Positions 1 to 9,626 of a DNA stretch of 64,000 bases are shown here, one piece after another. A model generated the notes under the pieces. The model saw nothing but the letters and a program-made list of their open reading frames with translations, did no database searches and was not told the origin of the DNA. The DNA comes from Treponemataceae bacterium (GTDB taxonomy: Bacteria; Spirochaetota; Spirochaetia; Treponematales; Rectinemataceae): the NCBI GenBank assembly GCA_963678065.2, contig CAXXVZ010000003.1, positions 512,001 through 576,000 of the forward strand, given 5' to 3'. The stretch's first letter is position 1. Every line of letters begins with the position of its first letter. A program made the translations under genes and the position numbers.

Positions 1-1077
1 CCCGCCGCGGGTCTCCACGAGAATGCCGCCTTTCACATCGACGGGGGTACGGAGGGCGAACTCGAAGGCCGCCGGCTTTCCGGAGAGGGCCAGAAGCGCC
101 ACCGCGAGAGGGTCCGGCACATAGCCGATGTTGTCGACATTGCCGATGTAGGCGAAACGGACGCCCGACTCGAGGAGTTTCGCGAAGACCGGCTTCAGGA
201 TGCGGAAGCACTGGCCATGGCCGCCCGGAAGGGCTATCGCACTGTCAGCCTTGCCGTAAGCCCGATCAAAGATTCGCTTCGGCCGGCCACCGGAGGAGTG
301 CGAGTAGGCGGCTATCATAGGCTGCACCGCAGTCAGCCAATCCACGGCTTCAATCCCTGACTGCCGCGCGAGCGCCGCAAGTCCTGCATCCCCACGGTAG
401 ATCTCGAATGCTTCCCGCATCTCTCCGTCGTTGGCGATGCTCGTCATCTGGTAGAGGGGCATGAAGATCCGGTCCCCTTTCCACGCTGGACCGAAACGCT
501 CCTGGAACGCCAGAGCGGAGAGAAGCCGAGCCCTCATTTTCAGCATGAGGAAGCTCATCCCGGGACTCCCGTCGCCGTTCAGGTATGCCGGAGTGAGCCC
601 CTTGGAACGCCCTCTGCACAGGGGCGCAAGAGCATCGAAACCGGGTCGGAAGGCTTCAAAGACCTCCCCGCCGAAGGCCATGTTTTTCTTGGAATCCGCG
701 TAACTCGTCGCAGACCCTCCGTTGAGGATGCCGTAAGCGGTGGCAGGCATGAGTCGCATGCCGATCTCCTCGAGCGCCTGGCCTCCGAAGACAAGCTCGG
801 CGCCATGCGGTTCGGCCGAGTCAGGCATCCGGATTCCGAGCCGGCCCAGCCTGTCCTTTGCGGCCGCGGCGCCTGTCCTGTATACGAGGGATCGTCGAGC
901 CTCCTGGCCGGTGGCTATGACGTTGACGCCATCCACCCCGGGTAAGCTTTGTGCGCTGACTGGCCGGATTCCGTCAAATTTGCCCGCGTTGAAATCCTCC
1001 AGGATGGAAAGCGCGAGGTCGATGTCTATGCCCTTGGATCTCATGTCCGCCGCGAGGGTCGGGTTCGGTGCGTCCAT
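1..1077 (-). CDS. UTP--glucose-1-phosphate uridylyltransferase, eukaryote-like UDPGP family (3' end outside window)
   Basis: Manual translation from ATG 1077 (RBS AAGGAG): LNGGSATS...KG nucleotide loop, PGGHG, GNVDN and DVKGG motifs of the UDPGP/UAP family; open to window edge. Confidence 0.8.
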   Translation of the reverse strand, partial: MDAPNPTLAADMRSKGIDIDLALSILEDFNAGKFDGIRPVSAQSLPGVDGVNVIATGQEARRSLVYRTGAAAAKDRLGRLGIRMPDSAEPHGAELVFGGQALEEIGMRLMPATAYGILNGGSATSYADSKKNMAFGGEVFEAFRPGFDALAPLCRGRSKGLTPAYLNGDGSPGMSFLMLKMRARLLSALAFQERFGPAWKGDRIFMPLYQMTSIANDGEMREAFEIYRGDAGLAALARQSGIEAVDWLTAVQPMIAAYSHSSGGRPKRIFDRAYGKADSAIALPGGHGQCFRILKPVFAKLLESGVRFAYIGNVDNIGYVPDPLAVALLALSGKPAAFEFALRTPVDVKGGILVETRGG

Positions 1078-1088
1078 CTCGTGTCTCC

Positions 1089-2138
1089 TTATGAGAGGGA
1101 AACGGCCGCATTCGCGGCGCCATACAGCGATATGGAATAGTCCTTGACGATCATGACCGGCGTGCCGGCGAGTATATTCCGTATGTGTTTTGCATAACTT
1201 TTTTCGAACATGGACATGAATCTGTTCTCTCCGAGGAACCACGATTCATTCTTGGAGGCGATTCCCCCGGCCAGGTAGATGCCTCCGGCGGGCAAAAAGG
1301 TCGCGGCCATGTCCGCAGCTTTCCGGGCGTAGAGCTTCACGAAAGCATCCATGGCATCACGGCATGCCGGGTTTCTGTCGGCGGAAGTCGCCACGAGGGC
1401 TGGTCTCTCGGCAAAGGGCGCTTCAAGGATTTTTTTCGCGATGGGATCGAGGTTTCCTCTCGAGAGCGCAAAGAACTCGAAGAGGTTCGCTATGCCCTGT
1501 CCTGAGATCCCCGCTTCCGCGCCGGGTGTGAATCCATAGCGCCCTTCGAGCCAGGCCTGGAATTGCCGACTGACCTCGTCGTAGACGGGGAGGGTTGTGT
1601 GCCCTCCCTCCGAGGCCATGACGATGTCCTCGTTGTTGGCATGCACGACATAGGCGACGCCCAGCCCTGTCCCCGCGCCGAGGATGGCGCGCACGCCCCT
1701 TCCTGGAAGCGGCAGACTTCCGTCCGTATGAGGCAGACGCGTGATCTGCTTGGGGTTTTCGTGGTCCAGCAGGAGGATGCCGTACGATACGGCTGTAAAA
1801 TCGTTGATCACGGAAACAGGGATGCCGAGCGCCTCCTCGAGCCGGACGCCGTCTATACTCCAGGGAGCGTTCGTGAGACCGATCGTGCGGCCGACGACGG
1901 CTCCTGCGCCGGAGATGCAGCAGCGTTCCGGCTTTAGCGCGGGATTTCTGGCCGCCACCTCGGCGAGGAATCGTTCCACCGGTTCAAGCAGGGATTTTTC
2001 ATCTTTTGTCTTGTAGTGCCGGTCGAAGATGACAGTGAAACTGCCGCCCTTCTTGCCAATCAGCGCGAGATTCGTATTCGTGCCCCCGACATCTCCGGCG
2101 AGCACGATCGTGTCATACGCAGTTCGTGATGATTTCAT
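1089..2138 (-). CDS. glk: glucokinase
   Basis: AGDVGGTN, INDF, GAGTGLG, SEGGH, YLAGGI motifs. Confidence 0.92.
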   Translation of the reverse strand: MKSSRTAYDTIVLAGDVGGTNTNLALIGKKGGSFTVIFDRHYKTKDEKSLLEPVERFLAEVAARNPALKPERCCISGAGAVVGRTIGLTNAPWSIDGVRLEEALGIPVSVINDFTAVSYGILLLDHENPKQITRLPHTDGSLPLPGRGVRAILGAGTGLGVAYVVHANNEDIVMASEGGHTTLPVYDEVSRQFQAWLEGRYGFTPGAEAGISGQGIANLFEFFALSRGNLDPIAKKILEAPFAERPALVATSADRNPACRDAMDAFVKLYARKAADMAATFLPAGGIYLAGGIASKNESWFLGENRFMSMFEKSYAKHIRNILAGTPVMIVKDYSISLYGAANAAVSLS

Positions 2139-2285
2139 TGGCCGATAGTATACACCCGCTACATGGCTTGAGAAGGTCCCGGCAACAGGGAGAGCCTGTT
2201 TTTGTAGGGGGGCGTCTCCCGCATCCGGCGGGCACTCCCGGCGGATGCCGTATTCTGTTGCGCCCCTGTGGCGTAAAAAGGCGAT

Positions 2286-3320
2286 TCAAAAAACGAGGTC
2301 GCGAATTTCCGTGTTCCGAAGAAAGCGCCCCGAAGCCGCATCGAAGATTTCGAGGTGGAGATGCTGTCCATGCCCGGGCTTCCGGGCATTCGAGCCGGTA
2401 TCGCCACCCCGCCCGATGACTGTGCCGGCTTCAACTGGCATCCCCGGATTGATCCTGACGTCATGGAGATGAAAATAGCAGAAGAACAACCCGCTCGCGG
2501 GGTCGAAGATGATTGCGCCGTTCCCCGCGTTTGGAGAGATTCCTCCCCGCCTGTACGTCTCGATTCCGGGTCCTCCTTTCCAGTCGGAGGCCGTGGCGAC
2601 TACGATGCCCCCTGAGGCTGAGAGTATTCCGGGACCTATCTCCAGCAGGGTGCCCGGAGCTTCTTGCACCTCAGAGTAGAATATATCGAGGGCGTAGCTG
2701 TGAGACAGATCCATGTCACGCCGCCGGGGAGGAGTCGCCTCTCCCTTCTTCGCTATGGGATGCACACTGCCGTTGGAGGCTTTCACAAGTCCCTTCTCAA
2801 CCATAGAAGCGTAGACTTCCGAAAAAAAGGCCACCTGGGACGCGCGCAGAGGGCGCATTGCCGGCACGAGCGCGACGACAGCGCTGTAATGCTCGCCGGC
2901 CTGCCCGCCAACCTCGGATGATTCTTCGAAATCATCGACATCCCGATCCCGGGCGAGCATCGCCACAGTCTGGGCTGGAGTGGGGAGGTAATCGGCAACA
3001 AGCTGCCAGACCGGGACTCCTTCCCTGAAGGCCAGTTTTGCGACGGCGTGTCCGATGGCTTTCGCGGTCTCCGGCTTTTCGGGAAACCACTGAGCCTCAG
3101 AGCGCTTCTCAGTATCCTGCGAGGCCCCTTCGGACTCGCGGAATGAGAACTCTCCGGTCGGGGTGAAGGCGGACCAGAGAAACAGGATGAAAGCGAAAGG
3201 CACAAGGGCGCGCAAGGGCAGGGATCTGCCCCTGAAGAGCTCCATGCGACCGCGGTTTCGTTTTACGGACGCTTCTTTGCGGATCTCGGGAGTTGTCTTC
3301 GGATTGAAAGGGGAAATCAT
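2286..3320 (-). CDS. M23 family metallopeptidase with N-terminal membrane/signal segment
   Basis: HSYALD (HxxxD), YFHL, GQHLHLEI (HxH); hydrophobic stretch near N-terminus; start uncertain. Confidence 0.75.
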   Translation of the reverse strand: MISPFNPKTTPEIRKEASVKRNRGRMELFRGRSLPLRALVPFAFILFLWSAFTPTGEFSFRESEGASQDTEKRSEAQWFPEKPETAKAIGHAVAKLAFREGVPVWQLVADYLPTPAQTVAMLARDRDVDDFEESSEVGGQAGEHYSAVVALVPAMRPLRASQVAFFSEVYASMVEKGLVKASNGSVHPIAKKGEATPPRRRDMDLSHSYALDIFYSEVQEAPGTLLEIGPGILSASGGIVVATASDWKGGPGIETYRRGGISPNAGNGAIIFDPASGLFFCYFHLHDVRINPGMPVEAGTVIGRGGDTGSNARKPGHGQHLHLEIFDAASGRFLRNTEIRDLVF

Positions 3321-4033
3321 TCCGATAGTCGCCTTGCGCAGCGGCAGAACAGTCCCATACAGCTCCGGGCGTCGTCGAGCGCCCTGTGTGCGCTCCCCAT
3401 GTCAATGCCGAAATGGCGGGCCAGAGCCCCGAGACTGTAGGAGGGCAGCCCGGGGAAAGCCTTCCTCGCAAGCGTGACCGTGTCGAGCGAGGGAAAGACC
3501 GGAAGCGCTGATCCCGCCCGTCCGAACTCCGCCTTCAGGAAGCCGACGTCGAAGGGCGCGTTGTGCGCCACGATGACACGTTCCGCCAATAAAGCCTCCA
3601 CCTTCGCGACAAGGTCGCGAAAAGACGGGGCAAAGGATACGTCGAGGTCGTGGATACCATGAATCGCTGTCGCCTGAGGGGGTATCGGCATGCCCGGGTG
3701 GACGAGAAGGGAGAGCGCTTCGGACTCCCTGACCGCGCCTTCCGCATCGAACCCGAACTGGATGAGGCCTATCTCCACGACTCTGTCGGTGCGCGCATCG
3801 AGACCTGTCGTCTCGAAGTCGAGGGCGATGAAGTTCCGTTTCTCCCAATCCGGAGGAAGAGCGATCACGCCGGCCTCGATGCCCTCAAACCTCCGGTATT
3901 CAGAAGACCGTGGGGGGCGCTGTCCGGACGACTCGCTCAGGGCCGGAGCAGCGGTATCTGCCTCGGCCCGCATCCTCTCGAGCGCGGCCTTCCATGCCGG
4001 AACTCCCGGATCGTGCCGATACTGTCCGCTCAC
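3317..4033 (-). CDS. DEDDh 3'-5' exonuclease (DnaQ/PolC exonuclease-like)
   Basis: DFETTG, AHNAPFD, HRALDDA; GTG 4033 overlaps the pgm stop (GTGA). Confidence 0.85.
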   Translation of the reverse strand: MSGQYRHDPGVPAWKAALERMRAEADTAAPALSESSGQRPPRSSEYRRFEGIEAGVIALPPDWEKRNFIALDFETTGLDARTDRVVEIGLIQFGFDAEGAVRESEALSLLVHPGMPIPPQATAIHGIHDLDVSFAPSFRDLVAKVEALLAERVIVAHNAPFDVGFLKAEFGRAGSALPVFPSLDTVTLARKAFPGLPSYSLGALARHFGIDMGSAHRALDDARSCMGLFCRCARRLSE

Positions 4034-5793
4034 GGCTCCAGCGCTTTCTTGATGTCCGCGAGAATGGCCGACACTTTTGCGCCAGATTCGCGGCGGGCTG
4101 CCTCGAGGCCCTTTGTCCCGGTTTCTGTCCTGGACAGGATGTAATACTTGATCTTCGGTTCGGTGCCCGAAGGTCTCACGACTACGACGGTGCCGTCCGC
4201 GAGCTTCCACTTGATGACGTCGCTCGAGGGAAGATCGATTTTTTGTGTCTCGCCGGAGGTGCCAGGCGTTCCCGAGCTGCTCCAGGAGAGACCACTCTTG
4301 ATGTCGCTGACTCCAACTACTGGAATGCCACCGAAGGCAGAAGGCACATCCCTCCGGTACGCATTCATGATGCCTTTCATGATATCCATGCCGGAGGGGC
4401 CTTCGAAATATTTATTGAGCCCCTTCTCTTCGTAATATCCGTATTCGAGGTAGATTTCGCCGAGCCGGTCTAGAAGACTCTTCCTCCGGGATCGCCAGTA
4501 TAGCGTCATTTCGGCGGTGATCGCGGCTGCCGAGATGCCGTCCTTGTCCCGCACTTCGTTCTCGATGAGGTGGCCGTAGCTCTCCTCGGTGCCGTAGACA
4601 AAGCTGTGTCCGTCGGACTCGAAATTCCTCATGAGCGCGGCGATCCACTTGAACCCGGTGAGGCATTCGAAGCTCTCGACGCCATTTCGTTCGGCTATCG
4701 CTTTCTGGAGCTCGGTCGTCACGATACTCCGGATGACGGCCGGTTTCGGCGGCATCCGGCCGAATTCTTTCAGGGTCAGAAGGATGTAGTCGAGATGGAG
4801 GCAGCCGAGCTGGTTTCCGGTGATGAGGGTGAACCCGCCTTTCCCGTCCGGAACCGCGATACCGAGCCTGTCGGCATCCGGATCGGTGGCCATGACGACG
4901 TCTGCTTTCTCCTTCTTGCCGAGTTCGAGGGCGAGGGCGAGGGCCGCGGATTCCTCGGGGTTGGGGTAGGCCACAGTCGGGAAATTGCCGTCGGGTCGCC
5001 TCTGTTCGGGCACCGTGATGACGCCGAGTCCGAGTTCACCCATGATCCTCTCGAAGAGCATCGCGCCCGTGCCGTGGAGCGGCGTGTAGACGATCTTGAC
5101 CTCGCGGGCCATAGAAGCGACGAGCGAGGTCCTGAGCAGCTTGGATTTGACGAGCGCGACATAGGCGTCGTCGATCTCGCTGTCGATGAAGACGAGGAGT
5201 CCGGCAGCGATCGCATCCTTCTCCGGCATCGTCTTCGCCTCCGTGACGGCGTTGACCGTGTCGATGATGCCCTCGTCGTGGGGGCTTACGACTTGGGCTC
5301 CATCGTTCCAGTAAGCCTTGTAGCCGTTGTAGGCCGGCGGGTTGTGGCTCGCCGTGACAACGAGCCCTGTATCCGCCTTGAGAGTCCGGATGGCGAAGGA
5401 CAGCTCGGGCGTAGGCCGGAGCGAGCTGAACAGGTATGCCTTTATTCCGTTCGCGGCGAAGACGAGAGCGGCTGCCTTCGCGAACGTGTCGGAATAGCGG
5501 CGCGAATCGTAGGCGATGCAGGCCGAGAGCCGTTTACCCGGGCAGGTCGCGATAAGGTAGTCGCAGAGTCCTTGGGTGGCGTTGTTGACGACAAGACTGT
5601 TCATTCTGTTGTAGCCACCGCCGATGAGACCACGCAGACCGCCCGTGCCAAACTCGAGGTTGCGATAGAAGCGGTCTTCCAGCTCCTTCCAGTCGGCCTT
5701 TTCCAGCAAAGACTCGACCTCGGAACGAAATACAGCGTTCTCTTCGCGGGCGATATAGTCGCGGGCACGTGATTCGATGACGGTTCTATCCAT
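4030..5793 (-). CDS. pgm: phosphoglucomutase/phosphomannomutase
   Basis: FGTGGLRG, TASHNP, DPDADR, RPSGTEPKIK; RBS AAGGAG before ATG 5793. Confidence 0.93.
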   Translation of the reverse strand: MDRTVIESRARDYIAREENAVFRSEVESLLEKADWKELEDRFYRNLEFGTGGLRGLIGGGYNRMNSLVVNNATQGLCDYLIATCPGKRLSACIAYDSRRYSDTFAKAAALVFAANGIKAYLFSSLRPTPELSFAIRTLKADTGLVVTASHNPPAYNGYKAYWNDGAQVVSPHDEGIIDTVNAVTEAKTMPEKDAIAAGLLVFIDSEIDDAYVALVKSKLLRTSLVASMAREVKIVYTPLHGTGAMLFERIMGELGLGVITVPEQRRPDGNFPTVAYPNPEESAALALALELGKKEKADVVMATDPDADRLGIAVPDGKGGFTLITGNQLGCLHLDYILLTLKEFGRMPPKPAVIRSIVTTELQKAIAERNGVESFECLTGFKWIAALMRNFESDGHSFVYGTEESYGHLIENEVRDKDGISAAAITAEMTLYWRSRRKSLLDRLGEIYLEYGYYEEKGLNKYFEGPSGMDIMKGIMNAYRRDVPSAFGGIPVVGVSDIKSGLSWSSSGTPGTSGETQKIDLPSSDVIKWKLADGTVVVVRPSGTEPKIKYYILSRTETGTKGLEAARRESGAKVSAILADIKKALEP

Positions 5794-5887
5794 GAATGGA
5801 CTCCTTCGGCAGTTCTGTTCGGCTGGCATCCACCCGATTCCAGGAAGGCATTGTACCCCGGAGAACGAAAAACGTGTAGAGGAGAAG

Positions 5888-6559
5888 CTACAAAACCGCG
5901 ATCAGGTCGAGCGGGTGGGAGAGGATGATGTCTGCTCCCGCTTCCTCCAGTTCCCTCTTTCCCCGGAATCCCCAGGCCGCGCCCGCGGACTTCATGCCAG
6001 CGTTCCGGGCCGTGAAAATATCCACATCGGAATCCCCTATATATGCGATGTCGCCAGCCGGGATGCCCATTTTCTTTGCGAGGTCTATCGCGGAAGCTGG
6101 ATCTGGCTTCGGAGGGAAGGCCGCAGATTCTCCCCGCACGGCAAAGAATTTGCGCGCGGGAAAGACGCCGGAGACTACGGCCCTGGCGAGGGCATCGGGT
6201 TTGTTGGAGAGGACCGCGTATGGTATCTTCCGTGAGTCGAGCGTGTCGAGAAGTTCCGGAATGCCGGAATAGGCTCTGGTTCTGTCCAGCGCATGGAGGG
6301 CGTAGAATCCCGAAGCCTCCTGGCGGAGCGCCTCGACAAGAGCTTCGTTGCCAGGAGATGCCGGAGGACCTGCCAAAGTTCCTTCTGGCAGAACCCGACG
6401 GATGAGAGCCCGCATTCCGTTCCCGACCATGACCTTGTATGCGTCCTTTTCATGTACGGGGAATCCGTGTCGCGCAAGAATCGTGTTGACTGAAAAGGAA
6501 AGATCGTCCAGGGTGTCGGTCAGGGTTCCGTCGAGATCGAAGATGACTGCTCTCGTCAC
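5888..6559 (-). CDS. HAD-superfamily hydrolase (phosphoglycolate phosphatase-like)
   Basis: FDLDGTL, LSNK, KPDP, IGDSDVD; RBS AAGGAG before GTG 6559. Confidence 0.88.
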   Translation of the reverse strand: MTRAVIFDLDGTLTDTLDDLSFSVNTILARHGFPVHEKDAYKVMVGNGMRALIRRVLPEGTLAGPPASPGNEALVEALRQEASGFYALHALDRTRAYSGIPELLDTLDSRKIPYAVLSNKPDALARAVVSGVFPARKFFAVRGESAAFPPKPDPASAIDLAKKMGIPAGDIAYIGDSDVDIFTARNAGMKSAGAAWGFRGKRELEEAGADIILSHPLDLIAVL

Positions 6560-6648
6560 GGGTTCTCCTTTTCTCTCCCGGCAGGTATGACTCGGGAGTG
6601 GCAGTGTAGTACCGGGTCTTGAAAAGTCCGGTTTCTGTAAATTCATGC

Positions 6649-6677
6649 AGTATATTCCTGTATGGTGGGAGCGTCAA
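6649..6677 (-). promoter_or_regulatory. sigma70 promoter for the HAD hydrolase gene
   Basis: TTGACG-17 nt-TATACT on minus strand. Confidence 0.7.
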
Positions 6678-6681
6678 CGCT

Positions 6682-7587
6682 GTGAAATCGAAAGAAACCA
6701 TTCGCGGCGCGGAAGGTTTTATGCATTATTATGCAGAAATATACCGCGATCGCTGGGCAAGCCTCATATCGGCACTGCAGGCCGAAGGGAAGGGGATCGG
6801 CCTTCGCTGCCTTCCGGCTGGCGGCTACATCCTCGAAGATTCGTCGCATGCCGGACCGTCGCGGGATGCTGTGGCTCAGCGCACAACGGTCCATTCCGGG
6901 GAGGCAGGAAAGATCGAAGAGAAGCGCGACGAGCTTCCTGTCTACCGCCTCGACAAGGTTTCCGTCATCGCGGCCGAAGCCCTGATCCTGCCCCAAAGAG
7001 GACGCGTACTGGACGCCTGCGCAGCCCCCGGCGGCAAGACACTCGTCCTCGCCGCGCGCATGTCCTCCGAAACCAGACTGGTCGCCAACGAACTCTCCGC
7101 GGAACGGCGACGCCGTCTTAAGACGGTCGTTGCGGACTATCTTCCTCCGCCGCTCCGGAGCCGGATCGAGGTGACAGGCTACGACGCATCCTCTGTGTGC
7201 AGAAAACTGCCAGCGGCCTTCGACGCAATCCTCCTCGACGCTCCATGCTCCTCGGAGCGGCACCTGCTGGGCGACCCCGAGGCCCTAGGGCGCTGGAGTC
7301 CGGCGCGCACCCGGAATCTGGCCTGCCGTCAGTGGGCCCTGCTCTCGTCGGCCTTCATCATGCTCGCGCCCGGCGGATGTCTCGTCTACTCGACCTGCTC
7401 GATATCGCCCGAAGAAAACGACGACGTGGCGGGGCGACTTATAAAAAAATATGGCGACGCGTTCACATATGTCCCGCTCGACGAGTCAGGAGGCGAAAAA
7501 ACCCTGTATGGCAGCATCTTTCTCCCTGACACATGCGGCGGCGGGGGGCCTATGTACATTGCAAGGATCGTGAAGAGACAGGTCTAG
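6682..7587 (+). CDS. RsmB/NOP2 family RNA m5C methyltransferase
   Basis: VLDACAAPGGKT, LLDAPCS, VYSTCS..PEEN. Confidence 0.88.
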   Translation: MKSKETIRGAEGFMHYYAEIYRDRWASLISALQAEGKGIGLRCLPAGGYILEDSSHAGPSRDAVAQRTTVHSGEAGKIEEKRDELPVYRLDKVSVIAAEALILPQRGRVLDACAAPGGKTLVLAARMSSETRLVANELSAERRRRLKTVVADYLPPPLRSRIEVTGYDASSVCRKLPAAFDAILLDAPCSSERHLLGDPEALGRWSPARTRNLACRQWALLSSAFIMLAPGGCLVYSTCSISPEENDDVAGRLIKKYGDAFTYVPLDESGGEKTLYGSIFLPDTCGGGGPMYIARIVKRQV

Positions 7588-7632
7588 AGAGGATCGGAGC
7601 AAGACGGAAAACGCCGCAAATGGAACCCGCGC

Positions 7633-7986
7633 TCAGTCCGTTTTCGCGTCATCCTTCAGGTCATCGTCGTGCCCGCCGGCATTCCGGAACAGTTCCTCTT
7701 TTTTTTCGATCTCGAACTCGAGATCCCTGATCCTCGTGACGAGGGGAGCGATCTCGGCCATATCCCGCGATACGGATTCCATGCCCCGATCGATGAAGTT
7801 CTCGTAAACCTCCGCCCCGAGCCGGCTCGTGAGCGTGCGCGCCTGTGAGCGCAGCTGGAGTATCTCGATTTTCAGCATACCCTGCTCGCCCCACGTCTGT
7901 GCCTGCGTTTCGGCCTTGTTCAACAGATCTCGGGATGCCTCGACACCCTTGCCGAATACATCTTTCATCTTCTGTGCTAAAGTCAT
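7633..7986 (-). CDS. hypothetical helical/coiled-coil protein
   Basis: 117-aa ORF with RBS GGAGG and typical composition; no recognised motif. Confidence 0.7.
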   Translation of the reverse strand: MTLAQKMKDVFGKGVEASRDLLNKAETQAQTWGEQGMLKIEILQLRSQARTLTSRLGAEVYENFIDRGMESVSRDMAEIAPLVTRIRDLEFEIEKKEELFRNAGGHDDDLKDDAKTD

Positions 7987-8091
7987 CCTGTGCCTCCACA
8001 GGCAATTTATCGCGCCCGAGGCGGGACTTCAAGGACGGAAACAAGTATACTTATTTTCGCGGACAATGAACCCTGCCCGAAAGGAGCTGTT

Positions 8092-8997
8092 ATGAACCTC
8101 TTTGCCGTCTTGTGGTGGATTGCCGTGGCCTGGTGGATTTTCTGGGCTGTCGTCGCGCTTGTCAGAAAACAGCTTTCCATTATGACTATGCTTCTCGCGG
8201 TGGGAGCCCTCTGGTCAGCCATCTCATTTTTTATCGCAGCGGAAGAGCCGGCCATACTGCTTCCTCTGCTCGCAGTCCCTCTGCTCGCAGTCGTGTCAAT
8301 GGTCAAGATCATCAGCGAATATCAGCGGGGAGTACTCTACCGGCTCGGACGAATGAAGGCTGTCATGGAACCAGGGCTCAACCTCATCTTTCCCTTTGGA
8401 ATCGATATCATGCGCAAGGTGGACATGAGGACTTTCACCATCGACGTGCCCAAGCAGGAAGTCATCACGAAAGACAACGTTCCTGTACTCGTCGACGCGG
8501 TCGTCTATTTCAACGTGTTCGAGCCCACACTCGCGATCAACAAGGTGGCCGACTACACCAAGAGCACCAGCCTCCTCAGTCAGACCATTCTGCGCTCGGT
8601 TCTCGGACAGCACGACTTGGATGAAATGTTGTCCAAACGTACCGATCTCGGCATTGTGCTCAAGCAGCTTCTCGACGAAGCCACCGATCCCTGGGGCGTC
8701 AAGGTAACCGCGGTAGAAATCAAGACTGTCGAGCTCGCGGAGACGATGAAGCGCGCAATGGCAAAGCAGGCGGAGGCAGAGCGCGAACGGAGGGCCAAGA
8801 TCATCGCGGCCGAGGGCGAGCTCCAGTCCAGCGAAAAGCTCACCCAGGCCGCCAGCGTCATGGCGACCTCGCCTTCCGCCCTTCAGCTTCGCTATCTCCA
8901 AACTCTGACCGAGATCGCAGTCGAGAAGAATTCGACGATACTCTTCCCCCTACCCATGGAACTATTGCGCTATTTTGATATAAAGAAACCCGAATGA
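8092..8997 (+). CDS. SPFH/stomatin (slipin) family membrane protein
   Basis: N-terminal TM helices, EYQRGVLYRLG, QEVITKDN, LQLRYLQTL; RBS AAGGAG. Confidence 0.9.
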   Translation: MNLFAVLWWIAVAWWIFWAVVALVRKQLSIMTMLLAVGALWSAISFFIAAEEPAILLPLLAVPLLAVVSMVKIISEYQRGVLYRLGRMKAVMEPGLNLIFPFGIDIMRKVDMRTFTIDVPKQEVITKDNVPVLVDAVVYFNVFEPTLAINKVADYTKSTSLLSQTILRSVLGQHDLDEMLSKRTDLGIVLKQLLDEATDPWGVKVTAVEIKTVELAETMKRAMAKQAEAERERRAKIIAAEGELQSSEKLTQAASVMATSPSALQLRYLQTLTEIAVEKNSTILFPLPMELLRYFDIKKPE

Positions 8998-9015
8998 TTC
9001 AGAACGAGGTGAAAC

Positions 9016-9549
9016 GTGCGCTGTCCCCACTGCGGTAGTCTGGACGACAAGGTGATCGATTCCAGAACCCTGGCCAACGGTGAAAGCATTCGCCGGCGCA
9101 GGGAATGCTCATCCTGCGGCCTCAGGTTCACGAGCTACGAGCGGATCGAGGAACGCCCCCTCATGGTCATCAAGAGTGACGGTCGCCGCGAACCCTTCGA
9201 GCGCGCCAAGCTCGAGCGTGGAGTCATACGCGCCCTTGAGAAGCGCCCTGTGTCCCAGCTCTCCATCGAGAACCTCGTCAATGAAATCGAGGATGAGGCC
9301 GCGCACAACGGCAAGACGGGGAATGAAATCCCCAGCTCCGAGCTGGGCGCGATGGTGCTCCGGAGGCTCTTCAGCCTCGACAAGGTGGCATATGTCCGCT
9401 TCGCCTCTGTCTACCGCAAGTTTGAGACTCTGTCGGAATTCGCGCGTGAGATCGAGAGCCTGGAAGGAAGCATGAAACCTGCGCATCTGAAAGAAGTTGT
9501 GAAAGCGGACATGAACCACGATCTGGATCCTGGCCATCATCCCCTCTGA
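9016..9549 (+). CDS. nrdR: transcriptional repressor NrdR
   Basis: RCPHC...IRRRRECSSC zinc ribbon, ATP cone, VAYVRFASVY. Confidence 0.95.
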   Translation: MRCPHCGSLDDKVIDSRTLANGESIRRRRECSSCGLRFTSYERIEERPLMVIKSDGRREPFERAKLERGVIRALEKRPVSQLSIENLVNEIEDEAAHNGKTGNEIPSSELGAMVLRRLFSLDKVAYVRFASVYRKFETLSEFAREIESLEGSMKPAHLKEVVKADMNHDLDPGHHPL

Positions 9550-9571
9550 TTCGGAACCGGTCTGCGACAAC

Positions 9572-9607
9572 AAAAAAAGGCGACACCATCGAGGTGTCGC
9601 CTTTTTT
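9572..9607. terminator. bidirectional intrinsic terminator between nrdR and the EF-G paralog
   Basis: AAAAAAGGCGACACC-ATCGA-GGTGTCGCCTTTTTT. Confidence 0.85.
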
Positions 9608-9626
9608 ACACATGAAAAAGCGAATC

